From Octopus vulgaris (taxonomy: Eukaryota), in assembly GCA_951406725.2 (NCBI GenBank), contig OX597822.1:101122001-101186000 (forward strand): DNA of 64,000 bases, in the 5' to 3' direction. The notes beneath the pieces are model-generated. The model ran no database searches, was not told the origin of the DNA, and saw only the letters and a list, made by a program, of their open reading frames with translations. Numbering within the stretch: the first letter of the stretch is position 1; each line of letters begins with the position of its first letter. Shown here piece by piece: positions 13,846-27,011 of this stretch. The translations under genes and the position numbers were made by a program.

Positions 13846-13948
13846 CTATCTCTTTATATGTATATATATATATATATATTTATACATAATACAAACATAT
13901 ATATATATATATACACACAGGTATGTATGTATAAATATATATGTGCAT

Positions 13949-14020
<72 letters not shown>

Positions 14021-14030
14021 ATACATTCAC
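13380..14030. repeat. (TATG)n/(TA)n/(TG)n compound microsatellites
   Basis: direct reading. Confidence 0.9.
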
Positions 14031-14726
14031 ACATGCGCCTATGTATGTGTTTGAAACAGAAGAAAGAAATTTATTGTGATATTTATGAACTACGCACCAC
14101 CAAAAAAAGAAAAAAGAAAAAGCGATCGGGAACGTGAATGAATTTGAACTGTAGTTCAAAGCATCGTGGCACTCTCACTCTAATGGAAGTTTAGTGCTTG
14201 TTTTACAGCAGTCGCTACGAGACGCTTAAATAATTGAAATAAAGTTTATTTTAACAGAAATATATTGAGGTGAAGCTCTATTATCTGGAGTGTAATCTTG
14301 TAACATGGTTGTTTATTTGTGTATGTAATTATATCGTTTCCTCTCACAACATTTATTTTGCGAGGAAAGAAATATGTAAATTATAAGAAAATTTCAAGTT
14401 CTCCTCGAAACATATCTGTGTGTCTATTATCAAAAGGAAAATATTCTATCACTCAAATGTAATCATTTCTGTTTCTTAGTATCTCAATAAGATTTCAATT
14501 ATATTTATTTCATTTTTGTAGTTTTTAGTAATTGTTTTGTTAAATTTTGAACTGAATGCCAGGTTTTTAGTTCCTTTATTTGTTAGAGTGAAAAGGTTAT
14601 ACACCACCTGTTGTTTTTTGGTCCTCCTCTTCAGCAGGTACGAGTATCACAGTTAAAGAGTAGCTTGTCACTGTAAGGTGCAGCAAGTATGTAAAATAGA
14701 ATTCGACAAATGTCTCGCTTGCTAAT

Positions 14727-15148
14727 TAAACTCTTTTGTTAGATATTTCTTTTGAAATACACTACTTTTGTTTCAAATAATTATGGAAATAATTAATTTA
14801 ATAAAATAACTTAATAACTGACTAAGCTGGTGTTTAGAATATAATCCTTTTGTTATCATATTTTCCGAAATACACAGCCTGTGTTTCAAATAATTATGGA
14901 AATAATTAATTTAATAAAATAACTTAATAATTGATTAAGCTGGGGTTTAGAATATAATCCTCTTGTTATCATATTTTCTGAAATACACTGCCTGTGTTTC
15001 AAATAATTTTGGGAATAGTTTAATAAAATAATTTGTCATTATTAAGCTGGTGTTTAGAACATAAATTAACGTGGAATTTAAGACAGGAAATTTATATCAT
15101 AAAACAAAACCAGGACAGTCTCATATAGGTTGGTATGAAAATGGTTTC
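14727..15148 (+). mobile_element. degenerate TTAA-type (piggyBac-like) MITE with internally triplicated ~110-bp segment
   Basis: unit gaaatacac..tgtttcaaataatt..taagctggtgtttagaa occurs three times; ends resemble ttaaccctt..aagggttaa termini, though degenerate. Confidence 0.5.
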
Positions 15149-15892
15149 ATGTAAGTATAGCTAGGAAAGATGTGGGCTCTACCATTTTGATATATATGGA
15201 TAGAGACGAAATGCTTAATATCGCTTCTAAGATCCAGTACGCTATGGAAACAATCTTCTACCACCGAATTATATTATAATAATATACAGAGGATGTTAAT
15301 GCATTCGAAGTCTTGTTTAGACTATTAGTCTACAAACTGGAAACAAAACTTAACGAGGAAATCACTGTTGAAAAAGATTCAATTCTGGGCAAAGAAAACT
15401 TGGACACTTTGTTTGGTGCAGTCTGAGAAATAAAATACAGTACGAGACAGGTGCAGTAGGATGGAAATTGAATCTAAGGCATCAAGACGATGAAAGCATA
15501 ATGTTGTCGGAATCAGAATTCTATAAACCATTATTTTGTATAGATTTGGTGTTACTTTAACAGTGTAGACGCCTATGTTTTCTTGACTGTATGCAATCGA
15601 AATATCTTCTGACATGATTTTTAAAGCTTCTCGAAAAGCAATAAATATACAAGTGCTTTTAACTGCAGTAGATTTTCTTCGGAATTATCCACTAAATCAT
15701 GATTCACTAGTTAGATTGTATTTTGGTGTCTCCAATTATATTATTGTCAACGACTATTATCGATTGGCGTCACCGATTCGTTTCACTTAACCATTGTCAC
15801 AACCCTAGGTATTGACATACAGGAAAACAAAAAAAAAAAAAATGAATAAATAAAATAAATTTTCTATCACAAAGTAAAATGGAGGCTTTCTA

Positions 15893-15948
<56 letters not shown>

Positions 15949-15955
15949 TAATAAT
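15893..15955. repeat. (TAA)n microsatellite
   Basis: direct reading. Confidence 0.95.
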
Positions 15956-16797
15956 GGTTTCTTACCTCAACTTATTTAAACACATTTCACATAATATAAT
16001 CAGTACGGCTTTATTGCATTTGTGTAAGCTTTCGTAATAGCGAGCTTTGGTTTACCGTCGTCTCAAAGAACTACACAGCAGTCACTCACAAATAATGTAA
16101 AATATTAAAACTAAGTGACCACACAATACCGCAAGGATACAGGCCGGTCAATGCAAACACAATCTGATACAGAATTTGCCAGTTTGTTTGTCGTTGCTCA
16201 ATGCAGATGTCAAAGATAAATCATCGATGCTTCACAAGGAGGAGCCAACGATCTTTTCGTTGGTTTTCTTCTAAATTATAACAACAAAGAGGAAACTTTG
16301 AAACAAAATTGACATCCCACTATTTGATTGAATAAAATGTAATGAAGCATTCAAGTTTTCACTGCAATATGAAGTTTACACGAACAGTTAGAAAATAATT
16401 TATAAATCTAGAGAAATATAATTTTGAAATATATACAGAAAACAGAGTATATAATAATATAAAGTAATCCGTATATACTTCTCCATTTTGTTTCTTCTGT
16501 GTAACAGTTCTAAGAAGGATCAGTTTTTAACAAGCAAGATGTTTTCAACTCGTATAATTCTCCAAAAGAAATAAATTGAATAAAACTAGTTTTATTCACC
16601 TTTTTTCTCCATAGCTTGAACGCTTCCGGATCGTGATATCAAGAAAGCGCAAATTTAAAAAAATCCAAACATATTGGGAAAAAATTAATCAAATTGAAAA
16701 TCTGTAACTACAAGATAATATTGTTTGGGAGCAAATGTATATACTAGTTATAACAGGTAAGGTGAAAAGTTCGAGTATATATCTATATATCTACACA

Positions 16798-16859
<62 letters not shown>

Positions 16860-17625
16860 CATATACATACATACATACACACACACACATATATATATAC
16901 ATACATATATATCAATAATAATTAAAAAATAACATAATATATTCTAAGGTTTCATTTACCTGTGAATCTTACCGATATTCAATTCCAGTCATTGAATATC
17001 TTAACGATATTCAATTCATCCCTTTGGAGCTATGTGGCTTCTGCAAATATTTAATAAAATATATGTTGTAAAAAAAACAAACGTTATGTATTTGTATTTC
17101 TGTAAACTCAAGCTGTTCGGTTCAATAAGCTAACTCCAATATTTTGATGTTATAGATCACATTTCAAATTTCTGTTTCTTTTATATAAATGCCACGTTTT
17201 ATTTTTTAAAAATCGTAAGGAAATATTTCATTTATTTTCTTAGCTTTAATGCATCGATTAAACGTTTGACTACACATACACTCCTACCCCCACTCCTGAC
17301 ACATATGGACACATCGGATCGTACATATATAACAAAGGACACAAAAATCTCATACACTGCTGCAAAAAGTACTCTTAATTTCTTAACGTTTCGTGATAGG
17401 AAGTATTAATCAAACTCGTAAAAACAGTCTATTTAATTTTAGTTTATGAGAAAATGAAGGTTGTGAATTTCACTCCTTTTCTAATTTTTTAGAGGAGGAA
17501 ATAACGAGGTTGAAATAAGGCTTTAACCTAAGTCGTAAATTCTAGGCGGAGAACGATAAGTCAAAATTTGTTTTACGGTGCACACCAACACATTTTGGGA
17601 CTAATATCTCTAACAAGAACATATA

Positions 17626-17812
17626 TATTTCTTTACTACCCACAAGGGGCTAAACATAGAGGGGACAAACAAGGACTGGCAAAGGGATTAAGTCGATTAC
17701 ATCGACCCCAGTGCGTAACTAGTACTTAATTTATCGACCCCGAAAGGATGAAAGACAAAGTCGACCTCGGTGGAATTTGAACTCGGAACGTAATGACAGA
17801 CGAAATACGGCT
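17626..17812 (-). mobile_element. SINE family C, 5'-truncated
   Basis: body and type-1 tail match the C consensus. Confidence 0.88.
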
Positions 17813-18307
17813 TTGACAACGAAGGTATCATCTAATGAGTCAGGAATAGATTCCAAATCTCCTTCAAATCACACTTTACTGTATTTAAAAGAAGAAACAC
17901 CTTAGATTATAGATAGTGATAACCGATGATGAGATGATCATAGATGCTCCATAACAATAATTATAAAAACAACTAAAATATTGTAAAAGAATTCCTGAAT
18001 AAAGTTATTTGAAATGATTGCCTGGCACCATTCAATGTAAAGACATTTATTATAGGTAAGTAACAAGAGCGTTAAAAATTGCGTGGTGCATTCAAACTTA
18101 CTTGAACACACGTGCGGTTGTATTAAGGAGGTCTCGTTACTCTGAGGGCTGGCAAAATTCTGAATCAATTTATTTATAGCGATCTGAACCTTTCCTTACC
18201 GAGAAAAACATGTTAAATGCAAAATACAGGAGATAATACGCATTGATGTATGTATGTATGTATGTATGTATGTATGTATGTATGTATGTATGTATGTATG
18301 TATGTAT

Positions 18308-18714
18308 TTTTCTTTTCTTTTCTTTTGCCTGTTTCAGTCATTTGACTGCGGCCATGCTGGAGCACCGCCTTTAGTCGAGCAACTGGACCCCGAGACTTAT
18401 TCTTTTGTAAGCCCAGTACTTATTCTATCGGTCTCTTTTGTCGAACCGCTAAGTAACGGGGACATAAACACACCAGCATCGGTTGTCAAGCAATGCTAGG
18501 GGACAAACACCGACACACAAATACACACTCGCATACATATATATATACATATATACGACGGGCTTCTTTCAGTTTCCGTCTACCAAATCCACTCACAAGG
18601 CTTTGGTCGGCCCGAGGCTATAGAAGACACTTGCCCAAGGTGCCACGCAGTGGGACTGAACCCGCAACCATGTGGTTGGTAGACAAGCTACTTACCACAC
18701 AGCCACTCCTGCGC
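18308..18714 (-). mobile_element. SINE family B inserted in (TATG)n
   Basis: full B consensus, flanked by (TATG)n on both sides. Confidence 0.9.
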
Positions 18715-18763
18715 ATGTATGTATGTATGTATGTATGTATGTATGTATGTATGTATGTGTGTA

Positions 18764-19542
18764 TGTAAGGACGAAAAATAATTCATTGTGGTGACGTAGG
18801 CGGTATGATTTAGGGCGCTTTTTACTGTGTGGGCGAACTATAAATACGACTAGTGAACACGTGGCGAGTGAGTTAGTCTGTACTGGAAGACAAGGTGCTT
18901 CGGTTGACGTACGTGAGCGGTTGGTGTGAATAGTTGATACGGCAGTCGGTGCCATGCAGGTAGATATGAGGCAGCCGATGTGAGAGATGGTGCCGGGAAA
19001 TTCGTGTGGAACAACTGACACAGTATTTGGTTTCGGTGGTTAAGGTGAACAATGTATTTCACTACTGCCCACAAGGGGCTAAACAGAGAGGGGACAAACG
19101 GATTATGTCGATTACATCGACCCCAGGGCGTAACTGGTACTTAATTTATCGACCCCGAAAGGATGAAAGGCAAAGTCGACCTCGGTGGAATTTGAACTCA
19201 GAACATAACGGCAGACGAAATACGGCTACGCATTTCGCCCGGCGTGCTAACGAATCTGCCAGCTCGCCGCCTTATGGCATCTTTGCTGCGAGGAGAACGG
19301 TTTATAAGTCTAAGTCGGTTCGATACGACGATGAATGTGAGTCAGTTAATGCAAACAGTGGCATCTTTGTAACGTGGACGGTTTTGAACTGGCTGTGAAA
19401 ATATTGTGAACTTGGCAACGTGAAGAATACGGAATGGTCGCTGGACTAACGTAAATTCGGGAGTAAACAACAGAGTCCAGTCGAGAAAAAAGAAGAGATA
19501 AAAAGAACAATGAATCATTGACGGGTGAATTCTCTTTTAACA
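18764..19542 (+). mobile_element. possible solo LTR interrupted by a family C SINE
   Basis: starts TGTAAG and ends TTAACA; TATA-like tataaata at ~18840; GC-richer than flanks; no convincing TSD. Confidence 0.35.
19055..19273 (-). mobile_element. SINE family C
   Basis: C consensus with a small internal deletion. Confidence 0.88.
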
Positions 19543-19599
19543 GTAAAAAAAAAGCAAAATATACTTAAGTACTGCTTATATCAAGAACGCATCGCTGCA

Positions 19600-19795
19600 C
19601 CACATCTGATCACGAGCAGAATTAGTGGGTGAGCATCATAGCCATGTGTTGAGAGGAATTATGTGGGGTTTGAATAATTCACCTTTGGAAACATGGGTAT
19701 TTTGTTCATCATCCTTAAAGAAACTTTATTGAGAGAGCTTTTGAACGGGATAGGTTACTCAACCTGAAAAAATTCTAACTGGGACCCACCTGCAT
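19600..19795 (+). repeat. diverged partial copy of the unclassified element at 21692-22218, opposite orientation
   Basis: ctgatcacgagcagaa..gagcatcatagccatgtgttgagag..aattcacctttggaaacatggg is the reverse complement of ~21850-22040. Confidence 0.7.
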
Positions 19796-20174
19796 ATAAT
19801 ATCCACCTTGATATACGATCACAATATCGCACACATGCTGGCGTCCCCTCGCTATCACCGCAGATATATTCTCGCGAAAGCTCAACGTTAGCGTAGTTAA
19901 GGCCCCATCCAAAAGAATAATACATCTTTTTATGGCCAGAAAATATCTCAACCCTCAACAGCTGTTGAGTCTCAACAAGACTCAAGTGAGGATTACAATG
20001 AAGTATTGTTTCCATATATAATACAACACTGCTGCTTATATGCACATACATCCCGGATCACATCCAGAGAACGCCCAATTGGTTGATTAGCGTTTGAATG
20101 CTAATGAACCCACTCCGGACTCTGGCGTGCTGTCTTCCTTCTCTGTTTTTTCCTTTGCTATTATAATGACCTCA

Positions 20175-20667
20175 AATGAGGTGGCGAGCTGGCAGAATCG
20201 TTAGCGCATCGGACAAAATGCTTACCGGCATTTCGTTCGTCTTTACATTTAAGGCGGCAAGCTGGCAGACACGTTAGCGCGCCGGGCGAAATGCTTAGCG
20301 GTATTTCGTCTGTCGTTACGGTCTGAGTTCAAATTCCGCCGAGGTCGACTTTGCCTTTCATCCTTTCGGGGTCGATAAATAAAGTATCAGTTTCGCACTG
20401 GGGCCGATGTAATCGACTTAATCCCTTTGTCTGTCCTTGTTTGTCCCATCTGTGTTTAGCCCCTTGTGGGTAGTAAAGAAATAGGTATTTCGTCTGTCGT
20501 TATGTTCTGAGTTGAATTTCCGCCGAGGTCGACTTTGCCTTTCATCCTTTCAGGGTCGATAAATAAAGTACCAGTTTCGTACAGGGGTCGATGTAATCGA
20601 CTTAATCCCTTTGTCTGTCCTTGTTTGTCCCCTCTGTGTTTAGCCCCTTGTGGGCAATAAAGAAATA
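20175..20667 (+). mobile_element. multimeric SINE family C (extra head, unit, headless unit) with 16-bp TSD
   Basis: TSD tattataatgacctca at 20159-20174 and 20668-20683; internal junction aaagaaata|ggtatttcgtctg. Confidence 0.88.
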
Positions 20668-20689
20668 TATTATAATGACCTCAGTTCAT

Positions 20690-21020
20690 CGGATCGGCTG
20701 GTCTCATACTTCCACTAATCAAGCATCTCCGACCCATTCATCTCCTTACGTCTCAGTACCCTTGGTGCACCCAAACCCACCTCATTCCCTGCCCTAATCA
20801 CTATGCCCATAACGTCACCCCTAGAACAACTGTGCTCTGGAATCTCCTCGTTGCTCATATTTTTGTTACGACAGTTTAAATAGAACATTAACCGCATCAA
20901 TTCCACTAACCTCCTAGGGCCTGCAAGGGTCACGAGCTCTGCCCCTTCCTTGAGACTTAGTAAACAAAAACACCCCAAAAAATGCAAGCCAATATAATAC
21001 ATCTTTTGGAATGCTGTCAA
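20690..21020 (-). mobile_element. highly degenerate LINE (RTE-like) C-terminal fragment
   Basis: minus-strand peptide ..MSNEEI..DVMGIVIRAG..RVLRR resembles the RTE post-RT region. Confidence 0.35.
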
Positions 21021-21424
21021 CTGTTTAATGAAAAGTTTAACACAAAAAGAAGAAAATTATTAAAGTCACATAAACAAGCGGCCTCCATGTTTCTTTAGTT
21101 TTATGTCTTTTCTGTAACATAATTTGCACTCATCCATTTTTGTTTTAATTTCTTTTGCTTCTTACCGTTATATTTTTGTTGCACTGAAAAAAAAAAAAAA
21201 TTTATTCAGAATCTATTCTTTCGGCAAACAATCACAGAAATAAAGATTCGCTTTTTTTGTAGTTTTTGATTCTCTTTTTTTTTTTTTCCTGAAAAGAATG
21301 AAAAACGAATATATACGAAAAAGAAGAGAAAAAAACACACACAAAAATAAAACGCAAAATCTAAATAAAACAATCTGGGATTCATCATTCAAAAGAAAAT
21401 CAATATTTGTCCATCCCTACGTCT

Positions 21425-21550
21425 TCTGCTCCTTCATCATCATTATCATCAGTGTCGCACCGACGCCGCGCGCCACCGCCGCCATCACCACCATCACCGC
21501 CACCGCCGCCACCGCCGCCACCGCCGCCACCGCTGCCACCGCCGCCGCCA
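21425..21550. repeat. (CAT)n/(CCG/CCA)n GC-rich triplet repeat
   Basis: direct reading. Confidence 0.9.
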
Positions 21551-21644
21551 CATTTGCCTTCCTCTTATTGTTATTATCATTATCATTGTCATGAAAAGCA
21601 AGACACACACACACGCACACACACACATTTTCTGTACTGTTATC

Positions 21645-21691
<47 letters not shown>

Positions 21692-21692
<1 letters not shown>

Positions 21693-22218
21693 GAGTGAAA
21701 GAGCAGCGCATGCCATCACAGTGACACTGGGATAAAATTTACGAAGCTCAGTTACTCGTCTGATAAGAGTACTCCAGGCACATGCATCACAACCATATGT
21801 GCGCGACATGGTGATCTCATATCAAGATAAACAGCGCATGACCTTCCAGGTAGGGGTCCAGCTAGAATTTTCTTCAGCTCCAGTTGTCTATCTCACTCAA
21901 AAGGTTGCTGTATAAGGATTGTGTAAGGACGTTGAACAAAACCCCCATGTTTCCAGAGGTGAATTATCCAAACCCCAAAGAATTACTCTCAGCACATGTT
22001 TATGATGCTCTTCCACTACTTCTGCTCGTGATCAGAGATGCACATATCGTCAGCTACTAAGGGACATGCTCGACTCGTTATAGTCAAAAATTGACAAGCA
22101 AATCTGTGGTATTGAGCAGAATAATTGCTGTAACCCATCTTTTACACCAAGACAACACAGTGTACATAACACTTCCAATCAATTAAGATCTAAAGCCATG
22201 AGGGGCACTGTCTGGCAC
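21692..22218 (-). mobile_element. unclassified (TAA)n-tailed interspersed element
   Basis: minus strand ends ..gcatgcgctgctctttcactc followed by (AAT)n (21645-21692); second diverged copy at 19600-19795. Confidence 0.55.
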
Positions 22219-22228
22219 TCTCTCTCTC

Positions 22229-22447
22229 CCTTTACTCTTTTACTCTTTTAGTTGTTTCAGTCATTTGACTGCGGCCATGCTGGAGCACCGCCTTTAGTCG
22301 AGCAAATCGACCCCGGGACTAATTTTTTCTTGTAAGCCCAGTACTTATTCTATCGGTCTCTTTTTGCTGAACCGTTAAGTCACGGGGACGTAAACACACC
22401 AGCATCGGTTGTCAAGCAATGCTAGGGGGACAAACACAGACACAGAA

Positions 22448-22492
<45 letters not shown>

Positions 22493-22657
22493 TACGACAG
22501 GCTTCTTCCAGTTTCCGTCTACCAAATCCACTCACAAGGCATTAGTCGACCCGGGGCTAAAGCAGAAGACACTTGCCCAAAGTGCCACGCAGTGGGACTG
22601 AACCCGGAACCATGTGGTTGGTTAGAAAGCTACTTACCACACAGCCACTCCTGCGCC

Positions 22658-22658
<1 letters not shown>
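22229..22658 (-). mobile_element. SINE family B, full length
   Basis: B consensus. Confidence 0.9.
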
Positions 22659-22717
<59 letters not shown>

Positions 22718-23333
22718 GTTTAATTTGAAAGCGCCGCGGAGAAAATAGTTTTTAACTGGATTAAGTTAAGAATATTTCTTTTTCACTTGCGTAGTTCTAA
22801 ATTTACGAACGGAAGACTTTTGATCTGCTCCAGGATGCACTCTATTAACTAGTGTAGAAGAAAGGTTTGCCTTTGGTCATGTTAGCTGTTTACACAGTTA
22901 TGCAAAAGAACCATCTGTTTACACGCGGTGCCAGGCTGCTTTAGGAATTGGAATAAAAGGTGATCGCCGAAGTGGGAGTAGAAGTAATCTACGATAAACA
23001 CGCCCTTAAGTTGTTGCCAAATGAAAGATCAAATAAGTTTTAAAAAATTTAAATAATTCAAGCTATAAAAATATCAAACATGTAAGCAGGGCTTCAAAAT
23101 TAAACACTCACTTGTATGATAGAAATCACACACACACACATACACACACACATACACACACACATACACACACACATACACACACACATTCACACATATA
23201 CATAACCACACACACAGGCGCACACACCCATCACGCACACATGCACGCATGTATGCACGCACGCGGGGGCGCGCACACTCACACAAAATTAGAAACATTA
23301 ATTTGATTGAAAAAATAATCAGTATAAACAGTG

Positions 23334-23493
23334 GCAGGAGTGGCTGTGTGGTAAGTAGGTTGCTTACGAACCACATGGTTCTGGGTTCAGTCCCACTGCA
23401 TGGCACCTTGAGCAAGTGTCTTCTACTATAGCCTCGGGCCGACCAAAGCCTTGTGAGGGGATTTGGTAGAGGGAAACTGAAAGAAGCCCGTCG

Positions 23494-23557
<64 letters not shown>

Positions 23558-23740
23558 TGTGTCTGTATTTGTCCCCCAATATCGCTTGACAATAGATACT
23601 TAGCAGTTCGGCAAAAAGAGACCGATAGAATAAGTACTAGGCATCCGAAGAATAAGTCCTGGGATCAATTTGCTCGACTAAAGGCGGTGCTCCAGCATGG
23701 ACGCAGTCAAATGACTGAAACAAGTAAAAGGGTAAAAGAG
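23334..23740 (+). mobile_element. SINE family B with small internal deletions
   Basis: B consensus head, internal (TA)n(TG)n and tail. Confidence 0.88.
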
Positions 23741-23960
23741 TATGAGCAGTATTCTCCTAGAAACAAAAAGTTTCCTTCCGTAACAGTACCAACCAAAATG
23801 AGTGAGACAATTTGTGCCAATTCATGGTAAAGGAGTAGTCGTGAGATTAGGTTACAAAAGATGGTTTCCCCTTTCCAGATGAATTTATTATGGAGAATGT
23901 GAAAAGGAAGGTGCTGTATCTCTGTTGCAACCGCCCCACCAAGTAATAATAATAATAATC

Positions 23961-24008
<48 letters not shown>

Positions 24009-24438
24009 GCCCTCATTGGTAAGTAGCTGTCCCAATCGATAAAAACGTATATGTCAAGACCTACCAGAAACTGAGCAACTATAAAGATCTTGAAATAGAA
24101 ATCAGCAAAATGTGGAACCTGAAGACTAAAACAAGACATGTTGTCATAGGTGCCCTGGGAATGATAGCAAAAGGCGCTGATTGCTACATAACTCAGATGC
24201 CAGGAAACCCCAAAATGGCAGAAATTCAAAAGATAGTGCTCATGGGAACTGCTCATATCCTACGCAAAATACTTTCTATGTAATCTCAAGTTTTAAAACA
24301 AACATAATTTTTGTATGGTTGTTTAGGCATTCACTAGTACTACACTAAGTACAAAACCAAATATATGGCACCCTAGGCATAACACCAACGTGAACTTCCA
24401 ACTTGTTGTCTCTTGAGGTCTCTGGGTGAGACTTGGAG
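24009..24438 (+). mobile_element. 3' fragment of an R4/Dong-type LINE (RLE domain and 3' UTR) directly after (TAA)n
   Basis: reads VAVPIDKNVYVKTYQKLSNYKDLEIEISKMWNLKTKTRHVVIGALGMI..IQKIVLMGTAHILRKILSM*. Confidence 0.8.
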
Positions 24439-24878
24439 CGTAACGGCAGACGAAATATCTATTTCTTTACTACCCACAAGGGACTAAACACAGAGAGGAC
24501 ACAAACAAGGACAGACAAACGGATTAAGTCGATTATATTGACACCAGTGTGTAACTGGTACTTATTTAATCGACCCCGAAAGGATGAAAGGCAAAGTCGA
24601 CCTCGGCGGAATTTGAACTCAGAACTTAAAGACAGACGAAATACCTATTTCTTTACTACCCACAAGGGGCTAAACACAGAGGGGACAAACAAGGACAGAC
24701 GAACGGTTTAAGTCGATTACATCGACCGCAGTGCGTAACTGGTACTTAATTTATCGACCCCGAAAGGATGAAAGGCAAAGTCGACCTCGGTGGAATTTGA
24801 ACTCAGAACGTAACGGTAGACGAAATACGGCTACGCATTTCGCCCGGCGTGCTAACGATTCTGCCAGCTCGCCACCTT
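24439..24878 (-). mobile_element. multimeric SINE family C (unit, headless unit, start of a third unit)
   Basis: repeated junction cagacgaaatacc|tatttctttac. Confidence 0.85.
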
Positions 24879-24984
24879 GACAGAGACGCAGTTATTGGAA
24901 AATGAACGCATAGTTTACTGGACGCAAAGCATCTAGGGACTATAAAATTTTCTTTTAAATCTGTCGGTCAAAGTGAAAAGATCC

Positions 24985-25105
24985 CATCGAACCCACTGTT
25001 TAACTGATACCTATTTCATCGACCCCAAAAGGATGAAAGCCAGGAGGAATCTGAACTCAAAACGTACATACAGACAAAATGCCGCTAAGCATTTCACCCA
25101 GCGTG
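24985..25105 (-). mobile_element. degenerate SINE family C fragment
   Basis: atcgaccccaaaaggatgaaag..gaactcaaaacg..gctaagcatttc. Confidence 0.65.
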
Positions 25106-26396
25106 ACAAACTGGAATAGACGACGGTGGTGGAGACGGTGGGAAGCTATCATAAATAACAGATGTTATCTTGGATTACACTGTCCTACAAGTATTTTTCT
25201 TCCAAGACACTACAGTGAGATTTGAGTGAGACTTGGCTATTATTTCTAGCAATTCGAGCGACCACGCAGAGTCTCCCTCGTTGGCGCGTGTACTGTATGT
25301 TTAATCGTAGTCAATAGTAAACACTAGCATTCATTATCAGTTGTGTATTAGGTTTGGTTTAATATTTATGAGTAACATATATTATGCTTAGACTTATTGA
25401 CATCAAATAATAAGACGTGGAGAGTTTAGAAGCATAATTGGGATCAAATAAGCAATAAAAATACGGACTAATTACATTATTTTCTCTTGTACGGCACTCA
25501 CTGAAAATTAATAATCATTCTGTACATTTCGGATAAGGATGGAATATAGTTGAATATAAATTATGCGTATCTTCGGTTTGTTTATAGATTAATTCCCATT
25601 TGAGAGAGGGAGAAAGGGAGAGAGAGAGGTAGAGGGGAAAAAAAAAAATCGATTTTAGTGCTGGTACTTTATTTTTCGACCCTCGAAAGACAAAATTGAT
25701 CCCAGGGGTACTAGAAGTCAGAGCTGAGACAGCTAAAACGAATACTGTGACCCAATGCGACCATCTAACGACTCTGTAATTTTGATGGCTTAAGTATCCA
25801 TTGTAGCGAACGAAAATATTATAACTAATTAAAATTACGTTTATGGTGAAGAGAAAGAATCTTTAGCATATTCATTAATTATTGTAAAACCAAAATTAAA
25901 AATGTTTGAGAGATATCATTCAACCACGGTAGTGGTTGAATATATTCTTAAGTCCACCATTTCATCAATCGCAGCAGCTTCCAAGCTTCACCACTAATTC
26001 AGTTTTCAACTAAATTGCAAACTGTTAACAGTTTTAAAGAGGAAACCTCCTCAGCTACACTTTAACATAAATAGTTTGAGATTTAGTTCAGTAGAAAAAA
26101 AATAGGTACATCAAAATATCTGCCACATCAAGGGGGGCAATAAGGCACCTATTCACTTTCAATTGACATAAACTTTTTAAATTTTTAAATAAAAGTATAC
26201 TTTCCTTGGGCTTAAATGATTGAAAAATGTATGAGGAATTCAGAGTCGTTAGTCGCATTGAACAAAAATTAGTAGAAGAAAAGTTATACGGTGAAATGCC
26301 ACGAAATTTCGTGTCAGTAAGTAAGAGAGTAAGAAAGTAACGTTTAGCAATAAAAATAATAAAGAATATATTGCTAAAATTAATACATACGTCCCA

Positions 26397-26495
26397 AGGC
26401 GGCAAGCTGACAGAAACGTTAATGCGACGATCTGTGTTTACCTTTTTGAGTTCATATTCCGCAGAGGTCGACTTTGCTTTTTATCCCTTTCGGAT
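26397..26495 (+). mobile_element. degenerate SINE family C 5' fragment
   Basis: aggcggcaagctgacagaaacgtt..gaggtcgactttgc. Confidence 0.7.
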
Positions 26496-26604
26496 CTAAT
26501 CATTTTGACGTACAGATTATTTAATTAAACGAAACACTTCGAAACGTCCGATACTGGTACAATGTGTTACATACAAAAGGCTTTACTCTTAACGTTTCCG
26601 ACAA

Positions 26605-26975
26605 AATGTTAGACCTTTATTCTCTTGAAAAACGCCGCCGCCGTGGTGATCTCATTCGCGCCCACAACATCATAAGCGGGAAGTGTAACCTCTCGAAAGA
26701 GCTGTTCTTCACTCCTGCTCCGGAGCGTCGGCTGCGGGGTTATTCCGAAAAGCTCTACCTGCGACGATTTCATCTCAATCGAAGGAGAGGAGCTTTCTCC
26801 GTCCGGGTTGCGGATCCGTGGAACAAGCTGCCAGACGAGATGGTGAAGATGCCGACGACCGCTTTGTTCAAAGCCTACCTGGACCTCAAGTGGCATGAAC
26901 TCTTTACATGAACACCACCCTGTACTTAACTCCATGTCCCCCTACATGGCCTTGCTATTTGCTTTTGAGCCAAAT

Positions 26976-27011
<36 letters not shown>
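26605..27011 (+). mobile_element. CR1-clade LINE 3' fragment with (AACT)n tail
   Basis: LDLYSLEKRRRRGDLI..RLRGYSEKL..FSVRVADPWNKLP..FKAYLD, a typical CR1 ORF2 C-terminus; (AACT)n at 26977-27011. Confidence 0.88.

Noticed and set aside
14230-14640. Possible further Penelope pLTR (ctcgaaacat, tacaccacctg motifs)
   Set aside because: No CUGANGA box at a suitable distance; too degenerate to call.
21407-21694. Poly-proline / poly-alanine ORFs
   Set aside because: A GC-rich triplet microsatellite among other simple repeats; no flanking coding context.
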